A DNA stretch of 64,000 nucleotides from the NCBI RefSeq assembly GCF_052425735.1, contig NC_135758.1, forward strand, positions 36,394,001 to 36,458,000. Reading direction: 5' to 3'. Each line of letters begins with the position of its first letter. Position 1 is the first letter of the stretch. The DNA is from Oculina patagonica. Taxonomy: Eukaryota. Made by a program: the position numbers and the translations under genes. This document shows positions 17,134 through 31,213 of this stretch, one piece after another. The notes beneath the pieces were generated by a model. That model was not told the DNA's origin. It ran no database searches and saw nothing but the letters and a program-made list of their open reading frames with translations.

Positions 17134-18413
17134 CTTGATTTTATGAAATAAACCGCTGACCGCGCCGACACCATGGTTTCTACCCAACCTCGTCCCCAGG
17201 GCCTTCTCGGTAAATGGCAGTCTTTACGAGATGACCCTGGCCAAGGCTGATATAACGGCATCGCAGAGTGGTCTATTCTAACCTCAATCCTGATTGGTTC
17301 ATGTAATCCAAAACAAATATGGCGGAGGGGTCGATTTTTCTTGGAATTTAAGCCATTTACAGCTGGAAAGGTAAGTCTTTCCAATATATTTATAATTCTC
17401 AAGATTCAAATAATTCGGTAGAAGTAGAAGCGTTAAATTCACTTCATTGCGAACTTTTCGCTTTGCTGTTTTGACTGTTTTATAACTTAATATTCCTGCC
17501 GAAAGTAGAACCTAGTACTGTCGGAAAGTAACATTCAAGATGAAAGAGTCATTTCGACACCGGGCTGCAGCTATGTACGAGATGCAAATCTAAAACGTAA
17601 AGGAATTTCTGCCCGTCGTAGACATAGTTGGACCTAAAGTGCTCGTGTTCTTTTTCGGAGGAAATTCGATTTCAATTTGTCGCGTTCGAACACATATCAT
17701 CACCCATTCACTGTCTGCATTCTTCCGAATATGATATTGGTGCTTTCTAAGGGTCTGTTCTCATTATGAATTTATTTATACCACTCCTTTTTTGTAGGTC
17801 CTTATACAAGTGGTGGACGTGTTTTAAATCATGCTCAAGTAGTGCTGGAGAAAATTGGTGACCAAAGGAGATAAATTAAGCGTGTTAATAAGAGATCTAT
17901 TAAAATATTAATTAATTAATGTGAAGGATAAAAAAACTTTGGTCAATTTAATTTCTTTAAAAAATTAAAGTTGTATCGTGTACTGTTCTCAGAATATGTT
18001 GTCTCAGACTTGCTTGCTTTCCCTTTTACAGTTACCTCATGATCAGTAAAGGCTGATTGCAAACATGACAGACAGAGTATATTGAAATTTAAAAACAATT
18101 TGTAACAAAATATTTCTGATGAAACTTGAGGTATTTGAAAATGTGATCAAACTGAACACTTAAATGAGACTAAAAAAGAGAACAATCAGGAAAATAAAAC
18201 TACAAAATATGTTCTTTGTGAGGTCATTTACCTATCTCACTGTCATAGTTTTGATTTGTCTTAAGGTTCCCTAAATGGATATTTTATAAGGAAAACCTTA
18301 TCAGTGTACTGTTTTAACGTGGCTCATTGCACATCAAAACCTGAAAGCATTGTACTGTGGAAATGTTTGGGAAGTCATGTGTCACTTGGATGATGAAGCC
18401 CAGCCCTGTTTGC

Positions 18414-18769
18414 CCCAGCAGGGGTACTTAGGGTTTCAAGTGACGGGGATGATAGAAGGATTTTTTTGGGTTTGACAGTTTCGGTTCCGGGATTTTTTTG
18501 GGTAGGAAAATTTGTAAGTATTTTTTTAAATAAAAATAAGGGAATTTTTGGGTATTAAATACGAACTAAAGATGTGTGGTAGTGCTTTGGCTGCATAATT
18601 CTGCAAATAAAGTACAAACTAAAGTACTTTTCTGTTGATTTTTGGGGGTTAATTTTTGGTCCAGGGATTTTTTTGGGCTTCTGTGGGAAGCCCTAGGGAT
18701 TTTTTTGGGTCTTGATTTTTGCGCTCATTCGATCATCCCCGTCACTTGAAATCCTGAGTACCCCCTGGG
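18414..18769. mobile_element. hAT-type MITE with 8-bp TSD, nested in the 3.9-kb element
   Basis: TIR CCCAG..GGGGTACT.AGG.TTTCAAGTGACGGGGATGAT; TSD CTGTTTGC. Confidence 0.85.
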
Positions 18770-20643
18770 CTGTTTGCAGCCTTTAAAGCCTATGCTAGAT
18801 AAGATGCAAAACATTTCTTCCTTTCACAAGATTTGCTATTTTCCAAAAACTTTGCTGTGGCAGTGCATTGCTTTAACAGTTCATGTTTTTTTTAATTTCA
18901 AGTATTATTTTCTAATCTTTTTCATGCCAGCAATAGCTACTTAAGGCCAAAATGGCTCTGATTTCTTTACCCTATCCCAGACAAAATTGGTTAAAACCCC
19001 TCCTCCACATACAGCAATACGCGCCTATGTAGAGCTTCAAATTAGATATTATGTACCACCTTCACTCTCTTGTGATAAAACAGGCAGCATTTTTTTGAAA
19101 CTAACAGAACATGATCATCATAAAATAAATATTTACAAGGCTGAAAAGTGATTAAAGTCCACAGATGTCATCTACGCAAAAATCCATTTCACTCTCTTGA
19201 GTGATTAATTATTTGCACAGCACAATCTTTTTACAAGTATGGGATCACTGGAGGCCAAATGATCCAACAATGGCATTCAGAACTAACAAGTCTATTCTTA
19301 TGTTTTAGAGCTCTTTTCATGGGGATAAACAGTGTCTGTGTGGACAGTCTCACAAATTTTAAAGATGACTGTTTTGAGTCAAAACAATTTTTTTGCTCCT
19401 GTTTAAAGAGTGTAGCTGGGGGTTGAGGCATGGGGCGCCCTTGACATCCCTCTGTGAGACAATTTAAGAAGCGAGCGTAAATTGTTTTTAGGTATTTTAA
19501 AACAGGAATTTTCTACACAATGCCATTTTGGAATTTATGACATCAATGTATTGCCCATTTGTTTCACGCAAAGAATGCATGCTTCCTAACAATACAGTGG
19601 AAACACACTGATGTCAAAAAGTCCAAAATGGCAACATGTGGGAAATGTAAAAGTGATCACCTTTTAGCATTTTGTATTCTGATAAAATGTTAAATCATCC
19701 TTCTCCTGTAAAATTTGTGATTTAGACATCATTTCAAGCAACACAACATTAACTAGCCTGCCATATGTGGTCACAGGTGTAATCCCAAGTTCTACACCCT
19801 GTTTAAGTCTATTATGTGCATAACTATGTGCATAACATCTTTGAAATGAAAGTGTCAATTTTTTAAACTGCTGTGGTAAAAAAGTTAAAACTAATTCCAG
19901 AAGATTACAGTTATGTGGGTTCACCTGTTTTGATGTACAAAATAGCCACTCTAGTGGATGTAAATATCTCAAAATTTCAGTTAGAACTTCACCTCATGTA
20001 AAAGTTTGTAAAACAAAGTGAAATTGGCCTCAACTAAGGTAAGCTTCAAACATGTATAAATTTGAGTTTAAGCTTTCAGGGGGAGCGATTGCAGAATACC
20101 CGGTCACTTCATTTACATGTGTCCGAATGCTTTAAAGAATGAGGCATAACACAACAGGCACTTTGTTATTCAATGAGATGCAAAAGAGTGGCCGGGTATA
20201 TGGCCATAATATGGATATGGATATTTCATAATTTCAGTTACAACTTCACCTTATGTAAAAGTTTGTAGAACAGAGTGAACTTGGTCATATAAAAGCGAAA
20301 ATGTATGAGTTTAGTTAAAGCTTTTAGGGTCAAGGTTATGTGTATCACTGTAATAAGTTAGAATGAATTATAAAGCAGAAAAATTTGCCACCGAAATCGA
20401 TTGATATGTTGATCATACATTTGTAGGGTATTAAGCACACATTTTGCCTCTTTACCTATAAGCAGCTAAGTTTTAGTTTCTCTTGCACTCAATCAAAATA
20501 CAGAAAGTAAATATATTAAGACTTAAATAACAGTACATAGACTACATAAGCTTACAGACTGTGTAACATTTAATTTTTTTACTTTCCGTACCTTCCCGAT
20601 TCTCATACCTCACGGTCTACATTCGAACACCTGGCGAAAATAA

Positions 20644-20809
20644 CAGGGTTTTCAAAACAAGCGGGCAGCCGCCGGAGTTCCACCAGCTACTTGATTTTTG
20701 TCACCAGTTTAATGGTCGTAGCAATCAGCTTGTAAGAAACAAGCTTGGCTTGTCACAGTCGCCTACTCTTCCAGTTGCTGACGCCTACTTCAACATTTTG
20801 AAATCCCTG
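20644..20809. mobile_element. hAT-like MITE with 6-bp TSD
   Basis: TIR CAGGGTTTTCAAAA / TTTTGAAATCCCTG; TSD AAATAA; related inverted copy at about 50350-50498. Confidence 0.75.
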
Positions 20810-22764
20810 AAATAATATCTATGCTTTACGAAGTAATCACTGCCTTCTGCATGAAGTTTACGCCCTCAAACGCCGTCGAAGAGTCAATTCGAATTCAAAC
20901 TGGACCGCCATTTTGTTTTGGCTTCTCTGAAAAGTCACGTGACAAAAATCTCCAAGATTTTTGGAGATTTTGTACCACGTGACCCAGCCTTTGCCAGGGT
21001 CTTCTCTCGACGAGCCGCCATTTTAAAAAACTCGTCGCCGAGAAGGCCCTGGGGACGAGGTTGGTTTCTACCTACAAGGAATGTCGGGAAGGAAAACTAG
21101 GCATGTAAGACGTACATGCAAGCCTTCGATTCCGCCCGGTCCCAGAATAGTATTTGCCCGAGCCTAAGGGGACGCGTACGCGTACATTGACATCATCAAT
21201 TGACTCCTTTGAAAGCTAATTGTCGCAAAGGGCGACAACAAGACGGCTCTTCAGGTTAGATCAAGCACTGAAGAACGCATGGAGAATTCAAACCTGTATG
21301 TTCAACACCGCAGAGGCAGGTACGGTTGTCGGGCGGCGCTGGTCGCAGCAGGTTCAGCATGGCTAGTGAGTCACAAGCACACTGTAAGCATCGCCAGACA
21401 CTACCAGAGGTTAATATGATTACATTAGAAGCAATTATTCTCAAGTCACTTTCTCTTGTATTTATTTTCACGTGTGGGCTACAGACGTGGGTAAAAAGAA
21501 ATTACCCCGAGTATATTTTCCTACAAACAAAATTGAATGGTAGGTGAACATTCACCAGCCTCGTGCCCAGGGCTTTTCCCTCGGTAATTTGGAGGGGGCA
21601 CCACATCACGTGGTACGTGTTGGCTAAAAAATATTGGATGTCATGATCTGGAGAGAAAACTAATGGGTTGTTTGTTTGGAGAACGTTATTCACAGCGTCC
21701 ATATGTTCCAGTAAAGGGAATAATCTAAAACAGGAAATTCTTTGCTTGATTTGTTTATAAGTAATAATTTCGGCTGTATTTATTGTGGCCAAATATGAAG
21801 GCGTAAAAAAGCAATAAAAATTTATGAAAGCCGTGGGAATGACATAAATCAAAATAATCACTTTGAAGAATGCGTTGGAGATCCTTTTGTCACTCAGTCG
21901 TGCAAATTTACATTTTTAGTTTGCACTTTCAGTTCAATATATTTTATTCAAGGTAACAAAATCCGTCCTAATTGGCGTCAAATCGGCATGCTCCATCTGA
22001 TTCTTTAAAAATTTAGCTTTAAGATGTAGATTTTTCGTAAACGCTACAATAAAAGGTCTTCCGCGATAACAAAATTATCTTATTTAAATTTTCGAATAGT
22101 TATAGTCAATTTTCAGTGAGTGAGTTTGATGTATTTGTCCATTTCGTAATTTTCGAAAAGCCACTAAAAATTTTAATAAACTGCGCACAATGGAAATTGC
22201 AATTTAGGAACTTGAACCTTGAAATTAAGCGAGAGAAAATTGCGAGTTACAAATGACGGTTTATTGGCGAAGTTTATAAGCGAGTTAATTTTGAACGCGT
22301 TTCTTCAGATTTGATTTGTTTCTCATACGTAGCGGAAACAAACACAGTGAGTTTATTTGCATAGATTTTGTTTCAACTGTACAATAGTAGGCCAGGATAG
22401 AAGCGATTTGATTATGCTGTAATTATAAAGGACACCTGGTGAAGTATACAGTGAATGCACCTGGTTCAAGCACCGCCGAGGAAATCTTTTCATTGGTTTG
22501 CAATAAACTAAATTATTAGTCGCTAAAATGAAATTGGCCAAAGTTATCGATTGAATCTGCGGGGATAAATTATGAATTCGTTCACAGTATTGCAGTAGAG
22601 TGATTTGCCACCATCTGCCTGTGGTCTGAGTTTTAGCGGAGCTAAAGTGCTTTGGTTTGTCGGTCCTCGAGCAAAGTTCGTCCCGACGTGTGTTTTTATT
22701 TTCGACCGAATACAATCTACCCTGATTTCAACGCTCGTTTTGTTTTTCGCAAAGAAAATTTACG

Positions 22765-23829
22765 ATGTCGTTGGCAGGCTTCAAGAAACAGATTAACAAA
22801 GCGAATCAGTTCGTGAGTGAAAAGATGGGATCGGCCGAAGGAACCAAGATGGAAGACGAGTTTGTCGATCTGGAGCGAAAAACAGACGTGATGACAAACC
22901 TAGTGACTCAGCTCCTGAGCAAAACGAAGGAGTATCTTCAACCAAACCCCGCCGTCCGTGCGAAGATCTACATGCACATGGCGCAACAAGGAGCGAAGTA
23001 TCCTCAACCCGAAGGAGTTCTTGGTGACATCATGCTAAAGGCAGGGCACGATTTAGATCCACAGCTTTCCGACTACGCGTCCGCTCTACTCGACGTCGGC
23101 AGCGCTTTAATCGAAGTCGGCGACACTCGAGATTCTTTAGACGCACAAGTGCATGAGAGCTTTCTGATGCCGCTGCATGAATTAGACGAAAAGCAACTGA
23201 AAGAAATCGCCCAGCACCGAAAGAAACTGCAGGGACGCAGGCTTGACTACGATTGTAAGAAACGCAAGGGGAATAAGATCGCCGTGGAAGAAGTCAAAAT
23301 GGCCCAGTACAAATTTGAAGAATCGAAGGCGATTTGTCAACAGGAGATGGTGCAACTTATGGGAAACGAAGTAGAGCGAATTCACCAGCTTAGCCAACTG
23401 GTTTGCGCCATGTTGGAGCACCACAAGAAATCAGCCGACACCCTTGAGCGGTTGCTACTGCAGCTCAATAAGAGAGTACAAGCTTCAAGTCGCAACAGCA
23501 GCACCGCCGCACAGCCCAAACCTGCAGCTACCGAAGAAAACCAAGGGGACCAGGGAAAGTCGGAAACTTCCGCCAAAGGCACGAATCCTTTGGCAGAAGA
23601 CTTGGATTCCGCTGCGAAGCCAAAGGAGGATACGGCGGCGGGCAGTAAGCCGTGCTGTCGCGCAAAAAGCGATTACAAGGCAGAGAAAGATGGCGAGCTT
23701 TCGTTCTCTGAAGGCCAGGTGATTGTTCTGACGGAGAAGGTCGACGAGAACTGGTTTGAAGGAATTTTGGATGGGAAGTTCGGACGAGTTCCTGCTAAAA
23801 ATGTGGAGATTTTAGTCGATTTACCGTGA
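22765..23829 (+). CDS. Endophilin-A-like protein (N-BAR + SH3), intronless CDS, 354 aa
   Basis: N-terminal helix MSLAGFKKQINKANQFVSEK, EYLQPNPA, KKLQGRRLDYDCKK, and a C-terminal SH3 (ELSFSEG...DENWFEG...GRVP). SH3GL1-3 family. Confidence 0.92.
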   Translation: MSLAGFKKQINKANQFVSEKMGSAEGTKMEDEFVDLERKTDVMTNLVTQLLSKTKEYLQPNPAVRAKIYMHMAQQGAKYPQPEGVLGDIMLKAGHDLDPQLSDYASALLDVGSALIEVGDTRDSLDAQVHESFLMPLHELDEKQLKEIAQHRKKLQGRRLDYDCKKRKGNKIAVEEVKMAQYKFEESKAICQQEMVQLMGNEVERIHQLSQLVCAMLEHHKKSADTLERLLLQLNKRVQASSRNSSTAAQPKPAATEENQGDQGKSETSAKGTNPLAEDLDSAAKPKEDTAAGSKPCCRAKSDYKAEKDGELSFSEGQVIVLTEKVDENWFEGILDGKFGRVPAKNVEILVDLP

Positions 23830-25669
23830 ATTTTTTTTCCTGGAGGCAGAAACAAATTAACGCACTATTTAAATTGAAACTAGGGGTTCGCTCAGACCCT
23901 GTTATTTATATTAATTGAAATTCTGTTATCGTGTGGGTTTCAGATAAAGACGAGAACGGATGTTTTGTTTGAAATAATTTCATTTGTGCTAGTTTTATTG
24001 CCAGAATTGTTTCTGTTTGTGTTCTCAAACAACAGAAAAAGAATGGTTTATGCGAATTATTAAAATGTGGTGATATGTCGGTTTCGGGTAGTCAATATTT
24101 TTTTCTACATTAGTGATAAGATTTTCCACTTAAAAAAAAATACTGTTTAGATCTTTTTGGGTAAGAACTGCACTGTAGGAAACCATCGAATCATTATCAT
24201 AATGGACTTGCTTTTCAAAATGCATTTTCGCCCAAATCACAGAAAGACATTGTTTTCGGTTTTGTAAATTAGAGTGTATCTAAGTGCTTTGGCCAATAGA
24301 AAATAAATGTAGTTGTGACATTTAGAATTAGATTATTCAGACTTGAAAAACAAAGAGAAAGATAATGAAAAAATATATTGTTTTCACTTGCAAAGTTGTT
24401 TGATTTATTTCTGTGTGAAATGTGAAAGCTAGGGAAAGGACCTCGGCGCAAAACATTCAGTTGTTGATGCAGATGGACTTTAAATAAAACAATAATTAAG
24501 TTATTTTCAATGTTACTTTTTTCTCAAGTAATACATGATACCGTAAGCCGATGTGATTAAAAAAACGTTGGTTTTTCACGAAGCTATCACCACATGAACG
24601 TCAGACTCACAACAGGACAGCTTGACGGCAGAATAAAATAATATGTATGGAACATTCTCGCTCGAAGAGACTGGCTAATGAAAAATAAAATTTAACATCC
24701 ATTTAAGCTTGTATGCCAGACGAAATGTAACCTGCGATCAGGCGTTCTATGGCGCCTGTTTTAATATTGAATGTCTTTGACACTTTAAGCCGCATCTCGG
24801 CGCTTTTTTAGCGTTATTTCGCCTTTAAATCAATTTCAAATACCGGTAACTCTTAAAAAATTGAAAAACGGTGTATTGTACTGTTAACACTTTTCTTACC
24901 ATGCTTCGCGTTCTTGGATATGACCGGTTATTATTTACAGGGATTACTGGTTTGGACAAAAATAACTCTTGTTTCTTAAATTCCATAAGATCAATATCTA
25001 AATTTTTTAGTCTCCCCCCATCCCTCCCCTGGTATGACTTCGACCCAGCAGTAGCCCAATTTTTTTTCCGGTCTCAAAATCAAAATACACTTTCAGTAAA
25101 ATTTGACTGTTTTCTAGTTAAATGTGTTTTTATATATTAATTCTTGGCTGGAACTATCTTGATCCGAAGTGTCTTCTTCAGATAGTCAAACACCGATGCA
25201 AGAACGACATCCCCGCTACTTTTGCAGTCTTAGGATCACTATTCTCTTCACTCGATTTCTCATTGCTTGATTTGTCAGAGTCGCTGTCACATTCATTTTC
25301 AGCCATGTCCCGTTTCAGAATCGAATATGCGCAACAATTCTAGAAAGGGAGTCCTCTCCAGTCGTCTCTCATTAGAATTGCAAGATGCGAAGGATGGTGG
25401 GAAGGAGTAAGACTCTTCCTTCTCTGCTTCGTTCCCATCATTCTCGGGCAATGTGTCAAATATCTACTATGGCCTATTCAGGCTAGTGATTAGTTTATCT
25501 TGGTTAGTTGTTTCGTGTAGAAATAAAAACAACGTGGTCATTAGCTTGCGCACAAGAAAGAATCAAGAGTAAGTTATTTTCAGTCGCCCAGGAAACCTCT
25601 TTGTTCTGGGGCTGTGTTTGCGAAATGAATGCACGGCACAGGGGAAGGGGAAGCAGGGTAAATCTTTTA

Positions 25670-26295
25670 ATTGCTGGTTTTCACTGTCACTCAAGTAACG
25701 ATACTGTCACGCGCTGCAAAAAATAAATCCAAAGCTATTGAGTATAAAAAAAAAATCAAGAATATTTCAGGTTGTAGAAAATTACTAGATAGTCTACGTG
25801 TTTAAGTTTCAGGTCTGTACGTTATTCCGTACTCGAGTTATCCGTTAAAATGTTCCACACAAATTTAGAGAGCACAGTATGGAAATTCCATGCTGGAGTC
25901 CGTGTCAAGGGGCACCAAGATGGCCGCCGGAAATCAATGAAAACATCTAGCATTCACTTCTGCTATAAAAAGCGGTCAGTTCACCATCGTGAATACGTAA
26001 ACATTCACATAAACACTTTTTGTAAAACCTCAATTGTTTAGATCGTTAAAAATCACAGGATGATGCATTCTTTTAAAGCATACATGGCAGCCTTCAGGCG
26101 GCCATTCTGATGTCGAGGAGCGCAAAACTCCGAAACTCAAAATGTTATATTTTAAAGACGGCGGATGCTATCGAGCTGAAAACCTTCAATAAGATATATA
26201 TTAAGGACGTCAAATAGCCAGTAAAGGATAAAAAGGCAGGGCTCTCGCGATTCTGGATTTTAGAATTTTGATGACGTCACGTGAAAACCAAGAAT
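25670..26295. mobile_element. Degenerate MITE
   Basis: Imperfect TIR ATTGCTGGTTTTCAC / GTGAAAACCAAGAAT. Confidence 0.5.
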
Positions 26296-26798
26296 TCCTT
26301 CTCCCTACTCTGAGCCAATTTCACCCTTCTCCCTATACACTGTTTGAGCCAATTTTTCCTCTTCCCTACATCATGTGAGCCAATTTTTCCCTCCTCTACA
26401 CTTTTGCGCCTCGATGTCTCCCTCTTCCCTCCTTTTTTGTACTATTTTCCCTCCTCCCTATTCTGTTTCTTCCCCTCTTGAAGAAGTTTAGGGTAGGACG
26501 TGACCGAACAAAGCTTGAAATTCTATTCCCAAGACGACAACAATCTGTCATTAGTCTGACCTTTGAATTATGCATTCGCGTGTCACACAAATTTGTGTTT
26601 TGTCAAAGTACAACAAAACTAGGAAGTAAAATTCAACTGTAAGCTTCGTAAATTGAACGATTTAAAACCTGTAACCTTAACCCATGAGTATTTTGTGTGT
26701 ACAGAGAAACGACACGATTTTGACAAGATCCAAAGAGTTGGATTATTTTTTTGGGGGAAGTGTACTCTGTTGATAATTGCTCTTTTATTTCATGTGGT

Positions 26799-26814
26799 GG
26801 CTCCTAAAGGAGCC
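26799..26814 (-). promoter_or_regulatory. Histone 3' stem-loop (H1)
   Basis: Sense AAAC GGCTCC TTTA GGAGCC ACCAC, 24 nt after the stop codon. Confidence 0.93.
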
Positions 26815-26838
26815 GTTTTTGTTTAGTGAAGAATGGTC

Positions 26839-27414
26839 TCACTTCTTGGCTGCGGGCTTCTTAACGGTCTTTTTCGCCGCGGGTTTCTTGGCCGCTTTCT
26901 TGGCGGGCTTTTTAGCTGCGGGCTTCTTCGGTGCTGGCTTTTTAGCTGCCGGCTTCTTCGCGGCTGGCTTTTTAGCTGCGGGCTTCTTTGCTGCTGGTTT
27001 TTTTGCCGCGGGTTTCTTTGCAGCCTTCTTTGCCGCTGGTTTCTTCGCTGCCTTCTTGGCGGCGGGCTTCTTTGGTTTGGCAGCAGGCTTCTTTGCGGCG
27101 GGCTTCTTCTTCGGTTTCTTCTCCTTCTTCTCCTCCTTGGGAACCTTGAAGGAACCTGAAGCACCAACTCCCTTGGTGTGCACAAGTTTACCGTTGGCGG
27201 CGGCTCTCTTCAAAGCCATCTTTAAGTGCGAGCCGACCTCTCCAACCTTGTAGTTGGCTTTGATGTATTTCTCGATGGCTTGGCGGGAAGAACCGTTTCG
27301 CTCCTTCAATGCTACAATTGCAACTTTGACCATCTCTAAATAAGGTGGGTGAGCGGCTGGCTTTTTAGGCGCTGCCGGCTTCTTTTTAGCTGGAGACTTT
27401 GCTGCTTCTGACAT
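26839..27414 (-). CDS. H1: Histone H1, replication-dependent, 191 aa
   Basis: Globular domain HPPYLEMV...[10 protein letters not shown]...[10 protein letters not shown], a KKPAA-repeat tail, and a 3' stem-loop. Confidence 0.97.
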   Translation of the reverse strand: MSEAAKSPAKKKPAAPKKPAAHPPYLEMVKVAIVALKERNGSSRQAIEKYIKANYKVGEVGSHLKMALKRAAANGKLVHTKGVGASGSFKVPKEEKKEKKPKKKPAAKKPAAKPKKPAAKKAAKKPAAKKAAKKPAAKKPAAKKPAAKKPAAKKPAAKKPAPKKPAAKKPAKKAAKKPAAKKTVKKPAAKK

Positions 27415-28930
27415 GTTGCAGTTTTAGAACGTCAAATCTTTCGTTGCTATCACTTCGGAACTGTAGACTCAAATGCTCCTTCGATTGTACTGTGCGAGTA
27501 AAGTGCGTCGGACGCGGACCACTGAGGAAACAGGCCTTCAAAATGGCGCCCTCAAATTTTGTGCTAGTTTGCCCGCCGATTTGCGCAAATAAAATGCGTT
27601 AATAATGAGATTGACTGGAACTAAGTTTTATAATTTGTAGTTGTGATATTTTTTAAGTTGAAAACGGAAACAGTTTTGGAATAAAGATCGTGAAAGGACG
27701 AAATTTTAAGCTTTTGAGCTCATTAACCTGTACAATTCTAAAGAACATTTCGAGTTAAAAGCTGAATAACTTTAGTTCAGATCGCTATCCTTCAAGTAAT
27801 CGAAAATTCCGAGAAAGAACAACTCCTAAACCTTACGTTCCTTAAATAAAGTTAGACCTTCTGTTAATCTTCGAAGGCTGAACGTCCTTGAAGTTTAAAC
27901 AACAAGGACAAACTCCTTCAGAACGCCATTTGTAAATCACTGTTTGATATTCCGACCAACTATGCGAGCTTTACGGTAAAGAAGTATTTCAAGTAATATT
28001 TTTTGGAGAAATGCTGAGATTGACAATTTTATAACACATTTTAAATGTATAGTAAAAGTTAAAATTTTGTCAGAGCTTAACAATGACACACGATACAGAT
28101 TGAAAACATAACATGACAGTTCCATATAGGGTCGAATAGCGGTTCCGCTTCGCGCAAACTTAATTCTAAATATATTTTTCAAAAGTGTTTCTTCACACTT
28201 AGTACTCGTAAGGTGTGTGGTCTAGAAAACGGAGAACTGAGCAGAAGTACGCGCAAACAGATCAGTAAAATGATCATACTGATATGTTCATGGTTTTTGT
28301 AAACACTGTAAACACACAATTTGCATAAGCGCAGCCAACATCACCGGATTATTGCAATAGTTTCCAACGCCAATATGATCTAGCAATGGTTCTAGATAAA
28401 GTCAGTTAGATCATTGATATAGATTTTAGTAAAATTAGAAACAGAAAATGCGAAAAGTACATTCTGGACATGACAATAACTGTAACTGCGACCACGTGCG
28501 GGTCGCGCGCCACATTTAATACAACAAAATAGAGTATCAATTTTCATAACAACAGAACGTTTCTAGAAGTTTTTACACTGATTCTTCTGAAGAAGCATTG
28601 ACAGAGGCTGACACTATGAAAGAACACATAAACTGAGCCTATGAAGCAGTTAAAAAATCTCTCTTAAAGTACCGAAGGCGCGAGTTGGCGAGCAAAGTGA
28701 GCCGCTGCGCTCGCGCCAGAACTAGCGCCTTCGGCACTCAAAGAGAGACTCGCGTTGCCCCCGAATAGAGACCCTGCTCGCAGGCCTTCTCTTGCCGCTC
28801 TTTCGAGTTAGCCTGCGTTGCAGACGAACAAAACCCCGGTATAGTCCGGACTATAACGCAGGTTATCTCGAGTTCGTGTTGATTGTAAACCCCGTTTCGT
28901 TTCAAAACAACACAAAAGGAGGTACATTTA

Positions 28931-29307
28931 GGCCCCGTCCACACTGACCCGGGTAAATTTGAAAACGCATCTTTTTTTCTCCGGTTAGGCCAACCGTCCA
29001 CACTGAAACGGCGTTTTCGGTCACCGAAAACGGAGCTTTTGCCGAAAGCTTTTCAAAAACGCTCACCAATGAGCGTTTGGACTTGGAGTGTGAAATAGTG
29101 TATTTTTATATTTTATTGTAAATAATTTTAAAGGGCCACTGGTTTGTTAGTATTTTTTATGTTATTTTAGTGCTACCCTCGTTAAATAAAGACTTTACTT
29201 TTACTTATTAATGAAGCGTATGGTTTTCAAATTTACCCGGGTTAATGTGGACGGAAAACATTTTACGCGGCGTTTTCAAATTTTCCCGGGTCAGTGTGGA
29301 CGGGGCC
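28931..29307. mobile_element. Harbinger-type MITE between H1 and H3, carrying a LINE-like 3' tail fragment (about 29070-29210)
   Basis: TIR GGCCCCGTCCACACTGACCCGGG.AAATTTGAAAACGC; TTA TSD; internal AATAAA plus (TTTAC)n tail. Confidence 0.85.
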
Positions 29308-29910
29308 TTAGATATAGAGTTTTACATGTAGCGTATTTGAACGGATCGCGGATCGACAAATAATGGCTAATGATTAATCAAAGATCTATTTCGTTTAAGT
29401 TGTAGCGACCGCGACTAAAATCTTGCAGGATGTGAAAGTCACTTTTAAAAGAGATCGTCTATCGTTCTAAAAGAAGCAAGTAATATGTTTTTGAAGGTTA
29501 GAAACTACAGAAGAGAGAAAAAAGTTAATTTTGAATTGAATTGAAAAGCTGTTAACCACGCTACGGGTTCACCGTTACCGCGCGCCAATTTCGATGGGCT
29601 CCCGCACTCCAAAACCTTTTAGCAATATGTTGTCATAAATATTTTAAACTGTTATAATGAATCACTAAAAGAACTTGAGGAGAATTTTTCCCTCACGACC
29701 AAGAGTTAGTTGTTAGCTTGTTAATGTTAATGTTTAGTTATTAAGTGTATTCTGTTGTAGTCCTGTGGAACTGAAATCTTCAAGTTGAAGATAAAGTCAA
29801 TAAAGCCAACTTATGGTATTCATAAAACCCCTTTCAAGAATCATTGATCGTACAAATCTAGTTGAATATATTGTAATAGTTCGATTGGTCATTGCTTTTT
29901 TTGATGTGGT

Positions 29911-29926
29911 GGCTCCTAAAGGAGCC
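29911..29926 (-). promoter_or_regulatory. Histone 3' stem-loop (H3)
   Basis: Sense AAAC GGCTCC TTTA GGAGCC ACCAC. Confidence 0.93.
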
Positions 29927-29954
29927 GTTTGTTTTGTGAGGGATGTTATCCACT

Positions 29955-30395
<441 letters not shown>

Positions 30396-30783
30396 TCAAA
30401 ATCATATTACAAATGGATTTATACCTGGCGGGCTTGTTCCTGATTGGCTTAAAACGAAGAGATGTGATTGGCTTAGAAGCAAAACCAGTAAATAATTTCA
30501 CGGTTCTATGATTGTATTTCGATCCGAACAAGCTTTGAATAATTTTTAGGTATTTTGAGATTGCTCTGCTATGGAAAATCACTTCAAAAGTAAGAACGGT
30601 GAACAAAATGTTTCGATAAGACTGAGTTTATCTAAATGTTTCTCAAAGGTAAAGACTTGGTTCCTTTACAGTAGATTCCCATGTTACTTGAACATATTTT
30701 ATGGTAATTAATATTAACTTGACCCTTCGCTTTGTTGTATGCAGTCAACCAATAGGAACGTATATTCATATAGTGTTTTCTGA

Positions 30784-31170
<387 letters not shown>

Positions 31171-31197
31171 ACGCGCAGTCTACCAACACAAACAAAC

Positions 31198-31213
31198 GGC
31201 TCCTTTAGGAGCC
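31198..31213 (+). promoter_or_regulatory. Histone 3' stem-loop (H4)
   Basis: AAAC GGCTCC TTTA GGAGCC ACCAA. Confidence 0.93.

Larger units (their letters stand above)
17185..21063. mobile_element. 3.9-kb non-autonomous DNA transposon with 9-bp TSD, upstream of WDR46
   Basis: 26-bp TIR CAACCTCGTCCCCAGGGCCTTCTCGG plus subterminal GACCCTGGC-AAGGCTG; TSD GTTTCTACC at 17176-17184 and 21064-21072; no intact transposase ORF. Confidence 0.9.

Noticed and set aside
21073-21560. PFDN6 or another gene head-to-head with WDR46
   Set aside because: GC-richer sequence, but no frame resembles prefoldin or any protein I recognise.
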